A stretch of 64,000 nt of DNA. Origin: Batkoa obscura (Eukaryota). The notes beneath the pieces are model-generated. The model was given only the letters and a program-made list of their open reading frames with translations, did no database searches and was not told where the DNA came from. Both the position numbers and the translations under genes were made by a program. Location of the stretch: assembly GCA_030770535.1 (NCBI GenBank), contig JASVEC010000023.1, positions 496,001-560,000 on the forward strand. The letters are read 5' to 3'. Below are positions 52,105 to 62,673 of this stretch, one piece after another (the stretch's first letter is position 1; each line of letters opens with the position of its first letter).

Positions 52105-52408
52105 ATATAATAAATTATACTAGAGAATTAAAGTATATACGGTATATATGATTCAAATGTTTACTTTGTAATAAAATGTTAAACTCTTTAATAGTTAATA
52201 GCCTTTTTAATGAAAAATTAAAAGCTAAAACTTTCTTATCTTCAAAACACTTTCATTAATAGCAATTTTTAAAAAATTGTGTTGGGATAAAGCCTTGAAC
52301 CATAGCAACTGTGATCTGTGAGCAGATGCTAACTTCAACCAATTAAATACCAATGACTGCTTACTAAAAAAAATTACAAATTAGCCGAAATACCTTTATT
52401 TTTACAAA

Positions 52409-53961
52409 ATGTTAGCTAATAACCCAAATATAAGAAGATTTCATTATAAGATACAGCAAAATAAAAACATATACAATAGGAAATTAAAACTCTTACCAAG
52501 TAAGACCTCAAATAATGCTGGAAAAAGTCTGTTGACTATGAAACAAAACTTCAAAGCTAGAATGATTGATTTATTTTTACCAAAGGGATATCCAACCACT
52601 GTGGACATTGGGTATTTGAAGTATTCCCAATGGCAAATTTTACATAATGTTACAAGTACAGTGACAGGTGGTAAGAAAATCAATTTGAATAAGGTATAAT
52701 TTGATTCTTGAACTCATATTTAGTTCTATCAACCCAAAGTTTATTATATGCTATGGGTTTAGGTGCTGGTAGTATACCGGTAAGAAAAATATAAAACTAC
52801 CAACCAACAAACTAAAAGAGCCTAAAAATAGATGGCAGCAGCCTTAAACTGGATCATAAAAGATGGTTTAGGCCAACTAGGTGGGGTTATCTATGTAAGT
52901 TTAATGAATAACAAGTTTGACTCAAACCCAAAAAGGCATCGTATGTGGTCCGCAATTTCTATGCAATTAGCTTCTCTTTTAGAACTGTTTTCTCCTTGTG
53001 TTCCTCATTTATTCTTACCTTTGGCTTCCGTTTCTAATATTGGTACTTTTTTTATTTTTTATTTTTTTAGTTTTGTAATAGTTTTGAATTAGGTAAAAAC
53101 ATTTCTTGGTTGGCCGCATCAGCTACTAGGTAAAGTTGCAGTCTATTGTGCTCTGTTTTAGCTAATATTTACTTTTATAGAGCTCAAATGAACTCAAGCT
53201 TTGCATTGAAAGATAAGTAAGTGTTAAACTTAAAGGAAGATTAATTAACAAGTACTAAATAAAAGTTTAGCTTAGGAGACATAACGGCCAAAAGTGGTAG
53301 TCAAAGTACTTTAGCTGCAGTTTTAGGTACGATGTTGGGGGTAGTGATCACACCACTTATAGGAAATGAGTTACCTAACTTAGTATTGGGGTTTTTGCCC
53401 TTTTCTTATTTAAGTTTATATTCCATTCACAAAGCGAATCAATGTGTTATTACTAAAAATTTTAATTTAGAAAGAATTGATTTATTGTTAGATAATTATT
53501 TTAAAGAACACAAGTTGTTATCACCTAGTCAGATTGCAGATAAAGAAAGTTACTTTTTGAAATATAAATCCAAGATTTATGGTAACTTTGTTGATGTTAA
53601 TCCTTCTTTAAGTAATATTAAATTTGAATTACCCGCTGAAACAATGATTAAGTATTTAAATCAAAATCATTTTTTTATTACTAAGAATGATAAGCAATTT
53701 TACTTATTTTTGGCAACTAATATCGATAATGAAACTAAATTTAAAGCCTATTATTTAATTTATTACTATTATTATTTAGAGTTAAATAATAATAGTTATA
53801 ACAACAATAAGGGAAATATAAATAGTATAGATGACTACAACAGTATAAAAAACGAGCATAAGTTAAACGACGTCATAAAAAAGTTATATCAAATGAAATG
53901 GAATATGGATACCTCCACTTTATTTAATACCAAAGATTCGATTCAAGTTATCCCCTCTTAG
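52409..53961 (+). CDS. RUS1: RUS1-family (DUF647) protein, multi-exon
   Basis: FLPKGYPTTV..YLKYSQWQ, VLSTQSLL, AAALNWIIKDGLGQLG, FDSNPKRHR, LPLASVSNI, LGDITAKSGSQ. Confidence 0.92.
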
Positions 53962-54941
53962 TGTAAATCAACTCTTGATATTTTCCTAAATGAGCACTGT
54001 ATCGTGCCATTACAAAAAAATAGTCACTTAGTCTAATTAAAATTAAATAAAACTAATTTTAAGTTCTAAATTTTAAATTTTACCTGTTCAAATAAATCCC
54101 TATATTGTTATCCACTTGTCCTTCTTTTATTAGTGGTATCACTCTGCGCTCAGCTCGGCGTGTTAATGACCTAGCTATATGCAATGTTGAACTGGCTTTA
54201 CCTCCAGACTAAATATTAATAACTGTTAATAATATTAATAACTTTTCATGTAATCCTATTTACAGGTAAGATGAAGTTCTTTAATGGAGGTAAATCAGCA
54301 GATAATTGATCAATATGCTGTTCCATTTCTTTTACTAAATTATTTTCTTGATCAAATTTTGTCAATTCTAAAAAAAATTCTCATTAATCATTATATGAGC
54401 TAAGGCTAAATTTACCTATTCTTTTTTCATGAATTGTATTATTCCTTGGTGTAGCTATGTGAGCACCAATGTCTAATAAAGTACTTTGAATCTAACTATT
54501 AAAATATTATATAAATATTGCTAATAAATACTACTTTTTTTAAAGGTTCATTCAATCCATTATTTTCCTCTTGACAATACTCTCTCGCTAAACTAAATAT
54601 AAAATAAATTTAAATCTAAATGAAACAGTGAACTGAAGATTTACCCTAATATCGAACTTAATTCATCCGTTGTTCCTAATGCTTCAAACACTATATCGTC
54701 TTTTTCTCTTCTCTCTCCATTAAATAAGGAACTTTTACCTTGATTTTTTATTTAACTACATAATCGTTTAACTATTATTAATCATCACCTTTATCACCAG
54801 TTTTGGTGTAAATTTTAATCTGAGACAGAGCTGGAACTAAAGTGCTATAAAAAATGAATATTATCTATCACCTGATTGTTCTCATACTTTTAGTTACCTA
54901 AAATTAGACGTTTTCATTAAGTTCATCACTATCAACTTCAT
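53948..54941 (-). CDS. MMAB: Cob(I)alamin adenosyltransferase (PduO/MMAB type), multi-exon; absent from the ORF track
   Basis: Spliced exons give [77 protein letters not shown] and [14 protein letters not shown]. Confidence 0.93.
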
Positions 54942-56699
54942 TTTCTTAAATTTTGTATTGTATTAATCGTAATAAAATGGTTTGAAAAACTAACTTAGTT
55001 ATGAATGTTTTTTGTTCAGTTAATCATTTTTTATTTACTATAAAATTAAAATTTGTTAAAACAAAAAACGTCATCCCAATATTGTAATTTTATAACTTAT
55101 TGATATTAACTATGATATATCATATTATGATATGATTTCAGTTTTAACTTCTACTTAAAAATAATAAAATAAGACAACAAGATAATAAAATAATAATAGT
55201 GTTTATTCAAATATTAGTATTAAAGCTACTATCCTGATTCTATAATTTTTAAAAAGTAAAAAAAATTGATTTATATTTTCATTCAAAACAGCTATTTTGG
55301 GGTTGCTTGGCATATTTGATATAATTACTACCATCAACCCCTGGGCTCTAAGGCTTAATCCTCAAGTTACCATGCTAAATTTCGTAGTAAATTTAACTAG
55401 TAGACAATATATTGTCTTCAATCAAATCTAATAAAGGAATCCTTCATGCTCTGATGAGTAATAACCTTATGTTTAAATCAGACATGTAAATATTTACATT
55501 CATCGAATGGCCAGAATCAGTTGCTTCTCAAAATTCGATGAGCTTAAATAATTGTAACCTGGATTTTATTAGATTACAACAAGAAATGCCCTTTTTTGAT
55601 ATTTTGTCCATTTTTTATGCATTATAAGTTAAAAAAGTAGTAGTTAAATATAAAAGTAAGAGAAACATTCGTGTTGCTTTTTGGTTGTAATTTCTTACAC
55701 CAAAAATGGGCAAGTATTTTATTAAATTAGAATGGTGTATTAAAAATTATTGTCATTATTTTTAAAAATGCGTCTTTGTTCGATAATAGCAACTTTTTTA
55801 AAATTAAAATTATATAATCGTAATAGATAAGTTATATTAAATGCTTACAATAAAGTAAATAAAGTAACAGCCAACAAGCTTAAATACTAAATAGCTAATT
55901 TTACTATAAATAAAACTATTAAAACAAATAACAATTTTATCAAATATTGTTTGATAATTAAAAATGATGGCTGATCCGAATATAGATTAGTTAGAAATTC
56001 CTTATTTAAACTAACAGTTGTCAGAAACTTACTATACTACTTTAATAAAAATCAAAAGTATTATTTACAACCTTAAACTTTAGAGAGGGCAGGAATAATA
56101 ATATAATTTGTAGTGTTTAATCAAAGATTCAAAAAATTATCATTTTAAAAAATTTGCAGCGATTAAGGATAATTCCAGATTAAGGGTGGATGTTAATAAT
56201 TATGTTAATAAAACATTAAAAGTGGAGTAAGAGGAATAACCAATTAAGTATTCACCTTTCTTATTATAGTACTACTATTAAATGAATATAAAAGAAAAAT
56301 AAAACTATGTAAAAAAGATTCGGATAATATTAGTATTTATTATCATTATTGCTTATCTTCTATTTGAAGTTAGTTTTAATATTTGATATTGCATTTTTAT
56401 TACTTTTTTATTATAAATTAATATTAAATTAATAAACTTTAACTAAATTAAGTTAATCAAAAATACAATTATGTCATTGTTGGCTAAGTCAACAACTATT
56501 AGCTTAAACTTACAATCAGCTGAAACGAGGATTAATTGTCAAATAACTAAGATTAAGGGTGTATAGAGAATACAAAGATAAAAAATAGTATAATAAAGAG
56601 GGTGGAAAAAATAAGAGAAAAGAAAGTATAAATAAACAACAAAAAGTCACCTTATATAAAATAAAATCAAACTTTTCAACTTATAAACTATATAAAAAA

Positions 56700-57239
56700 A
56701 TGATACATATCCACGCTTTACCTCAAACTTTAAAAAATATGAAATTGAATCATATTAAAGAATCTATCTTTAGTAATCATCATTACTTGAACAAATTAAG
56801 TAATCCTCAACCAAAGACATTATTAAATAAAGTCACTATTGGTGCCCGTGCTAACCCAGGTAAACCTCATTTTACAACTCAACCCAAATACACCATGCTA
56901 TGGTGGAAAGATGTCTTGATAGTAGGTACTGTATTCTCAATTACCGGCTCCTTAAGTTTAAAATTAGTACAACCAAGTTTAAATTTTGTGGGTATTCAAG
57001 GTAATTTTAAAGATGGCCCATGGACATATCGTGCTGCTCATTTAACTTTATCACCACCTTCTTGGTGTTTGATGTTGGTTACTATTGGTACTTTATTTGG
57101 TAAGCAAGCTTATTTTGCTGCTGTTGCTAAGAGAGTATTATCAAGGTTTATGATCGGTTCTAAAGTTAAATCAGCGTTACTAACTAAAGCTGGTACCCAT
57201 CATCCTTCATCAGCGCTTCTTAAGTCTATTAAATACTAG
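56700..57239 (+). CDS. Small membrane protein, DUF6787-like, possibly mitochondrial
   Basis: Two hydrophobic segments with VFSITGS and LLVTIGTLFG-like motifs recalled from a family common in Bacteroidota; basic N-terminal extension. Confidence 0.6.
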   Translation: MIHIHALPQTLKNMKLNHIKESIFSNHHYLNKLSNPQPKTLLNKVTIGARANPGKPHFTTQPKYTMLWWKDVLIVGTVFSITGSLSLKLVQPSLNFVGIQGNFKDGPWTYRAAHLTLSPPSWCLMLVTIGTLFGKQAYFAAVAKRVLSRFMIGSKVKSALLTKAGTHHPSSALLKSIKY

Positions 57240-58101
57240 GCTTTATTATACTCTTAAATAGACTAAAAGAGCTTGTTTCAGTACTGGATTTCAACTATTA
57301 GAATTTGTATTATTTCTCTCCCTTTTCCCTTCTCTCTTTCATCCTATTTTGGTATTAATAAAAAAATGAATTTTTTATAACTATTGCTTTATTGTAACGG
57401 CCTTTTATTTAACAATTTTAATAGCACGTTGGCTAGCGGATACTTAGCTTATCTTAAATTCTTTATTTTCCAAAATAAAAATCAGATTTTTTTATTACAT
57501 GTAGATTAGTTGTTAATGTTATATTTTAGTACAAATAATAATAGCTTTGGATATTATGTAGATAACTTAAAAGTTTCATATTTTGTTAATTTGAAAGTAA
57601 AATTTTAAGGGGCCAATTTAAGTTAATTTTAATTAAATAAAAAATTGAGTCCATGATCGTCATTAGGTGAAATTAAGTAAACAATAATAATTACAAGGTT
57701 AATAAATTGTAATAATTATTTAATAAATAAATAAGATAATAACCATTGTGTATATTTTTTACATATTTTTTACATTATTTTCTATAAAATATAATGTACA
57801 ATGTATCTTACAATATATAAAACGCCTAATGAAAATTTAAATTCAAAAAAATAAATATTAATAAAAAAGGTAAAAAGTAATAAAAGCAACCAAAAATGAT
57901 GGACAAGAAGATAACAGCAAAAAGAGAAAGATATTCCAAAATACTTGAAAAACTAGTAAAAACAATCAACTATAACAAATATGACACTTTAATTATTATA
58001 AAAATAAAATACTTGCCACTTTCTCTTTGCTTTTTTTAATCTTTAATAAAACTTTAGTAGCCGGTCTATATTAAAAATATAATTATACTAACATATACAT
58101 A

Positions 58102-60165
58102 ATGAAATTAAATACAATAACTTTAATTTCGTTATCATGGAGCGTATTAAATGCATCCGTATTAAATAAAAACGAACAAAGTGAGGAAAAGAAAGATTAT
58201 GAATCAAAATCAATAGACAACGCTCCAAAAGGAAATACAACCTTAACAGAAGAACCCATTCCAGGTGTAGATTTTGCTGATTTTGATACTGGTGTTGAAC
58301 TAAAACAAGATAATTCACGAGGTCCCATTATTTGGTATTTAGGCTATCTATTTTACAAAAAACATTTTGCCAAATGTAAAGATCTTGGTAAAGAAAATTG
58401 TTGTTATGGTAAAGATAATGACGGTTGTTGTATTGGAGGAACCGTTGGACAATGTATACCATGTCCAGGTCCTAATTGTCCCATAAAATGTTTGACTGGA
58501 AATGAACCTGGTTGTCCACCACCACCATGTCCAGGTCCGTTATGTCCTAATCCAAATTGTCCAGGACCAAGATGTCCTTATGTTTGTCCAGGTCCATTAT
58601 GTCCAAAAATATGCCCAGGACCAAGATGTCCAATTCGTTGTCCAGGGCCCAATTGCCCAGTACCTTGCCCAGGGCCATTATGTCCAGTACCTTGTGTTGG
58701 ACCATCGTGTGGTGTAATTACTTGTCCGCCACAAATTTGTAATGTAGATTTTAATGGACGTCCAATTGTTTTTAATGTTAATATTAATAAAAATATTATC
58801 ATTAATAAAAATGGAAGAAAATGTGTCATTGTTCCAGGTGCCAATGGACCTTTGAAAATTTGTTCAGGAGATAATAATATTGAATGTGAAAGAAAAAATG
58901 GCCAATATGAAGTTCGAATTAAAAATCCATTAGATAAGGATTTGCAAATTAGCCCACAACCAGTTAATTCAATTGATGATTTACCCGATTTATCTTTAAC
59001 TCCTAATGAAAGTAGTAGCAATAGTAACTCAGATAGCCAAAGAGATATTGGTGCTGTTACTGGTTCTAATTTTGATCCTGAATGTGATGTTGACTCTCCA
59101 GTTTGGTCAAATGATGGTCAACAAGGTGGTTCGCAAGGTGGTCAATTCGGTGGTCAGTTTGGAGGACAACAAGGAGGATCATTTGGAGGACAACAAGGAG
59201 GGCAATTCGGAGGACAACAAGGAGGATTATTTGATGGTCAACAAGGAGGACAATTTGGAGGACAACAAGGAGGTTCGCAAGGTGGTCAATTCGGCGGTCA
59301 GTTTGGAGGACAACAGGGAGGACAATTTGGTGATATGCAAGGGGGATCTTTTGATGGTCAACAAGGAGGGCCTTTCGGAGGACAATTCGGAGGACAACAA
59401 GGAAGTATGCAAGGGGGATCTTTTGGAGCACAATTTGGAGGATCTCAAGGATCATCCGGTGATATAGAAGTGACACCAGAGAATCAAGCACAATTTACAG
59501 GTGGTAATAAAGGGGGTTCTCAAGGCGGTCAATTCGGAGGACAATTTGGCGGATCCCAAGGAGGTATGCAAGGAGGAACCTTTGGTGGTATGCAAGGAGG
59601 AACCTTTGGTGGTATGCAAGGAGGAACCTTTGGCGGTATGCAAGGTGGCCAACAAGGAGGATCTCAGGGGATCCAATTTGGCGGTCATCAAGGTGGGTCT
59701 TTTGGGGGATCCTTTAGTGGCCAAGCTGGTGGTATCCAAGGTGGCCAATTCAGTGGATCACAAGGAAGTATGCAAGGAGGAACCTTTGGTGGTCAATTTG
59801 GAAGCCAAGCAGGAGCCAGTGGCAGTTCACAAGGACAAGCTGGAATGACAGAAATTACACCCGAAAATGCTGCTCAGTTTACAGGCGGTAGCCAAGGGGG
59901 TATGCAAGGCGGATCTCAAGGTGGATTTGGTATACAACATGGCGGCTTCCAACAAAGTCAACAAGGCGGATTTAGTATGCAACAAGGTGGCTTTCAACAA
60001 GGTGGCTTTCAACATGGTGGCTTTCAACAAGGCGGCTTTCAACAAGGTGGCTCTCAACATGGTGGCTTCCAGCATGGCGGATTCCAAGGTAAATCTCTTG
60101 CACCACCATCTAAACCTGAAGAGAAAAAAGTAGGTATCTTTAGCTTTTTGAAAAAGAACAAATAA
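58102..60165 (+). CDS. Secreted CPGP-repeat protein fused to a Gly/Gln/Phe-rich low-complexity tail
   Basis: N-half matches the 34091 gene (DTGVELKQ..SRGPIIWYLGYLFYK, CCYG..CC, CPGP repeats, RPIVFNVNIN); C-half GGQFGGQQ / GMQGGTFG / GGFQQ repeats. Confidence 0.9.
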   Translation: MKLNTITLISLSWSVLNASVLNKNEQSEEKKDYESKSIDNAPKGNTTLTEEPIPGVDFADFDTGVELKQDNSRGPIIWYLGYLFYKKHFAKCKDLGKENCCYGKDNDGCCIGGTVGQCIPCPGPNCPIKCLTGNEPGCPPPPCPGPLCPNPNCPGPRCPYVCPGPLCPKICPGPRCPIRCPGPNCPVPCPGPLCPVPCVGPSCGVITCPPQICNVDFNGRPIVFNVNINKNIIINKNGRKCVIVPGANGPLKICSGDNNIECERKNGQYEVRIKNPLDKDLQISPQPVNSIDDLPDLSLTPNESSSNSNSDSQRDIGAVTGSNFDPECDVDSPVWSNDGQQGGSQGGQFGGQFGGQQGGSFGGQQGGQFGGQQGGLFDGQQGGQFGGQQGGSQGGQFGGQFGGQQGGQFGDMQGGSFDGQQGGPFGGQFGGQQGSMQGGSFGAQFGGSQGSSGDIEVTPENQAQFTGGNKGGSQGGQFGGQFGGSQGGMQGGTFGGMQGGTFGGMQGGTFGGMQGGQQGGSQGIQFGGHQGGSFGGSFSGQAGGIQGGQFSGSQGSMQGGTFGGQFGSQAGASGSSQGQAGMTEITPENAAQFTGGSQGGMQGGSQGGFGIQHGGFQQSQQGGFSMQQGGFQQGGFQHGGFQQGGFQQGGSQHGGFQHGGFQGKSLAPPSKPEEKKVGIFSFLKKNK
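59115..60090 (+). repeat. Coding minisatellites: 24-bp units (GGQQGGQF, GMQGGTFG) and 15-bp units (GGFQQ/H)
   Basis: ggtatgcaaggaggaacctttgg x3 at ~59563-59635; ggtggctttcaaca(a/t) repeats at ~59986-60087. Confidence 0.9.
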
Positions 60166-60461
60166 ATAAGATATTCGGTTTAAAGAGATATGTTTTATAA
60201 AAAAGTACCAAATAAATAGATATTTTGATTGCTACGTTATTTGATGAGTTATTTAATAGCTGTTTTATATGATGAGAATTCGATTGTTGTTATTAAGTTC
60301 AAATCTAATTATTATTATCTTTTAGTTTTATTCTTTTTATAGTAATATTGTTAAAGATTACTTTCTTTACCAATAAAGCTTGAACTTCAAGCATGAAGAT
60401 CAAAAATTATTAAACGTCATTTCTTTAACTATTTTATCCCAAATTCAATTTTCAACTAAGT

Positions 60462-62598
60462 ATGCCTAGGGAAATAATAACAGTACAAGCAGGACAATGT
60501 GGAAATCAAAGTAATTAATTTCAATAAAACAAAATAAAACAAAAACGAATTGATTATTAAAATTATCGATTAGTTGGTCAAGTATTTTGGGAGCAATTAT
60601 GTGCCGAGCATGGAATCAGTCCAGATGGAATATTAGAACCTTATGCAACAAATAACGCAGGAGATAGAAAGGATGTATTTTTTTATCAAGTAAGTTGAAA
60701 TATGAAGCTGATAATCTTCTAACCTAAAGTCGCATCCAACCCAGGATATTAACTTTCATCTATAGGCAGATGATGAGCAATATATTCCACGAGCAATACT
60801 AGTTGATTTAGAACCAAGGGTTATACAAACGATTAATAATTCAGCATATTCGAAATTATATAACCCAGAAAATATGTTTATTGGGGAAGATGGGGGTGGG
60901 GCTGGTAATATTTGGGCTCATGGTTATGAGCAAGGGGATAGTGTATTAGAAAATTTTATTGATATGACCGATAGAGAAGCAGATGGATCAGATTCATTAG
61001 AGGTAAAAGACATTGTTTTAAATTTAATAGATAAGTAATTTATGAATACTAAATGAATAATAGGGTTTTATGTTATTACATTCGATTGCAGGGGGTACCG
61101 GCAGTGGATTAGGTTCCTTTTTTTTAGAAAATTTAAATGATCGATATCCAAAAAAGATCATACAAACGTATTCTGTATTTCCAAATAATGAAAAATCTTC
61201 TGATGTTGTCGTTGGACCATATAATTCTTTATTATCTTTGAAAAGATTAACTCAAAACGCAGATTCTGTTGTAGGTAGATTATTATATTTTTATTGAATA
61301 AGTTTTATTTATAAACGAATTTATGTGTAGGTTGTTTTGGATAATGGTGCACTAGAAAGAATTGCTACTGATAGATTACATATTCAAAACCCTACTTTTC
61401 AACAAACTAATCATTTGGTAAATCCAAATATTGAAGCTAAAGTTTTATTTGTTTTATATTAAAATATAAACTAGATATCAACTGTTATGTCTGCCTCTAC
61501 TACCACTTTAAGGTACCCGGGTTATATGAATAATGATTTAGTTGGATTAATTGCATCATTGATACCAACACCAAAATGTCATTATTTAATGACTTCTTAT
61601 ACTCCATTTGTAGCTGATGGAGTAGCAGCAGTAATTTTTTGAATATATTATCAATCAATTTATAAAACTAAATTTAATATTTAAATTTCTATAGTCAGTA
61701 AGAAAAACAACTGTTTTAGATGTAATGCGTCGGTTATTACAACCAAGTAATAAAATGGTGACAACTAATCCAACTAAAAAATCATGTTATATTTCTTTAT
61801 TGAATATAATTCAAGGGGAAGCAGATCCAACGGAAGTATGTTATATATTATATTATGTGGGGATGTTTTTTTGATTTCATCAGTTTTTCCATTTTTAAGC
61901 GCTATTCGAATGGAAAGGCTGTTGGTAAAATTGTTAAACAGAAAAATACATCCCCATATTCTCTTTTGTTAAGCACAATTTAATTGATTTAAATTTTTCA
62001 TTAAAGGTTCATAAATCCCTAATACGTATTCGAGAACGTAGATTAGCCCAATTTATTCCATGGGGGCCAGCCAGTATCCAAGTAGCCTTAACGCAGAAAT
62101 CACCTTATGTACAAACGAGTCACAAAGTATCTGGGTTAATGTTAGCCAACCATACATCCATAACACAAGTAATTATTTGGTTTTGTATTAGAATTTATCT
62201 CGAATTGTTTTTTTTAGTTATTTAAAAGAACCTTGGACCAATATACTAGATTAATGAGTCGTAAAGCTTACATTGATAATTATAAAAAATATCCTATATT
62301 TTCAGATGGATTTGAAGAGTTTGATTCGTCAAGGTAATATTAACAATTTATTCTTTTAATTTCTATTTGATATGTATAAATTCAATTTATTTATCATTAT
62401 AATAGAGAGGTGGTATTAGATTTAATGAATGAATATCATGCTTGTGAATCTCCTGATTTTGTTTCAAGGGTAAGTTTTTGTCTAAGTTTATTATTCCATT
62501 ATTTGATTAATTTTTATTTCTTTTATTAGCAATCAACCCCTGTTCCTACACCAACTAGCTCTAGTCGACCTATTAGTTATAGAGGTTCTTACGAATAA
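60462..62598 (+). CDS. TUB4: Gamma-tubulin, about 10 introns
   Basis: [86 protein letters not shown]. Confidence 0.98.
61859..61955 (+). mobile_element. MITE family copy inside a gamma-tubulin intron
   Basis: Flanks ATGT/ATAT; lies between donor gtatgt (~61836) and acceptor aag (~62006). Confidence 0.9.
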
Positions 62599-62620
62599 TT
62601 ATTAGTTTATTTGGCATATT

Positions 62621-62673
62621 ATTTTTATTTTTATTTTATTTTTATTTTTATTTTTATTTTTATTTTTATTTTT
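62621..62673. repeat. (ATTTTT)n microsatellite just 3' of gamma-tubulin
   Basis: About 9 units visible. Confidence 0.85.

Noticed and set aside
52280..52355. tRNA-like stretch on the minus strand (GGTTCAAG, gcatctgctcac)
   Set aside because: No convincing acceptor or T stem by eye; tRNAscan-SE needed
55449..55500. CTGATGAG hammerhead-like core
   Set aside because: No matching GAAA and no supporting stems
58088..60133. Many alternate-frame and antisense ORFs over the CPGP/GQ gene (also over EF-2, GH20, Kunitz and 37996 genes)
   Set aside because: Shadow ORFs caused by repeats and codon bias; no independent features
1314..60165. Lack of introns in secreted genes as evidence of horizontal transfer or retroposition
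   Set aside because: EF-2 and IMG2 here are also intronless, so the feature does not discriminate
1113..61955. Dispersed palindromic repeats as CRISPR or REP-like elements
   Set aside because: Eukaryotic context, irregular spacing, both orientations, TSDs present, no cas genes
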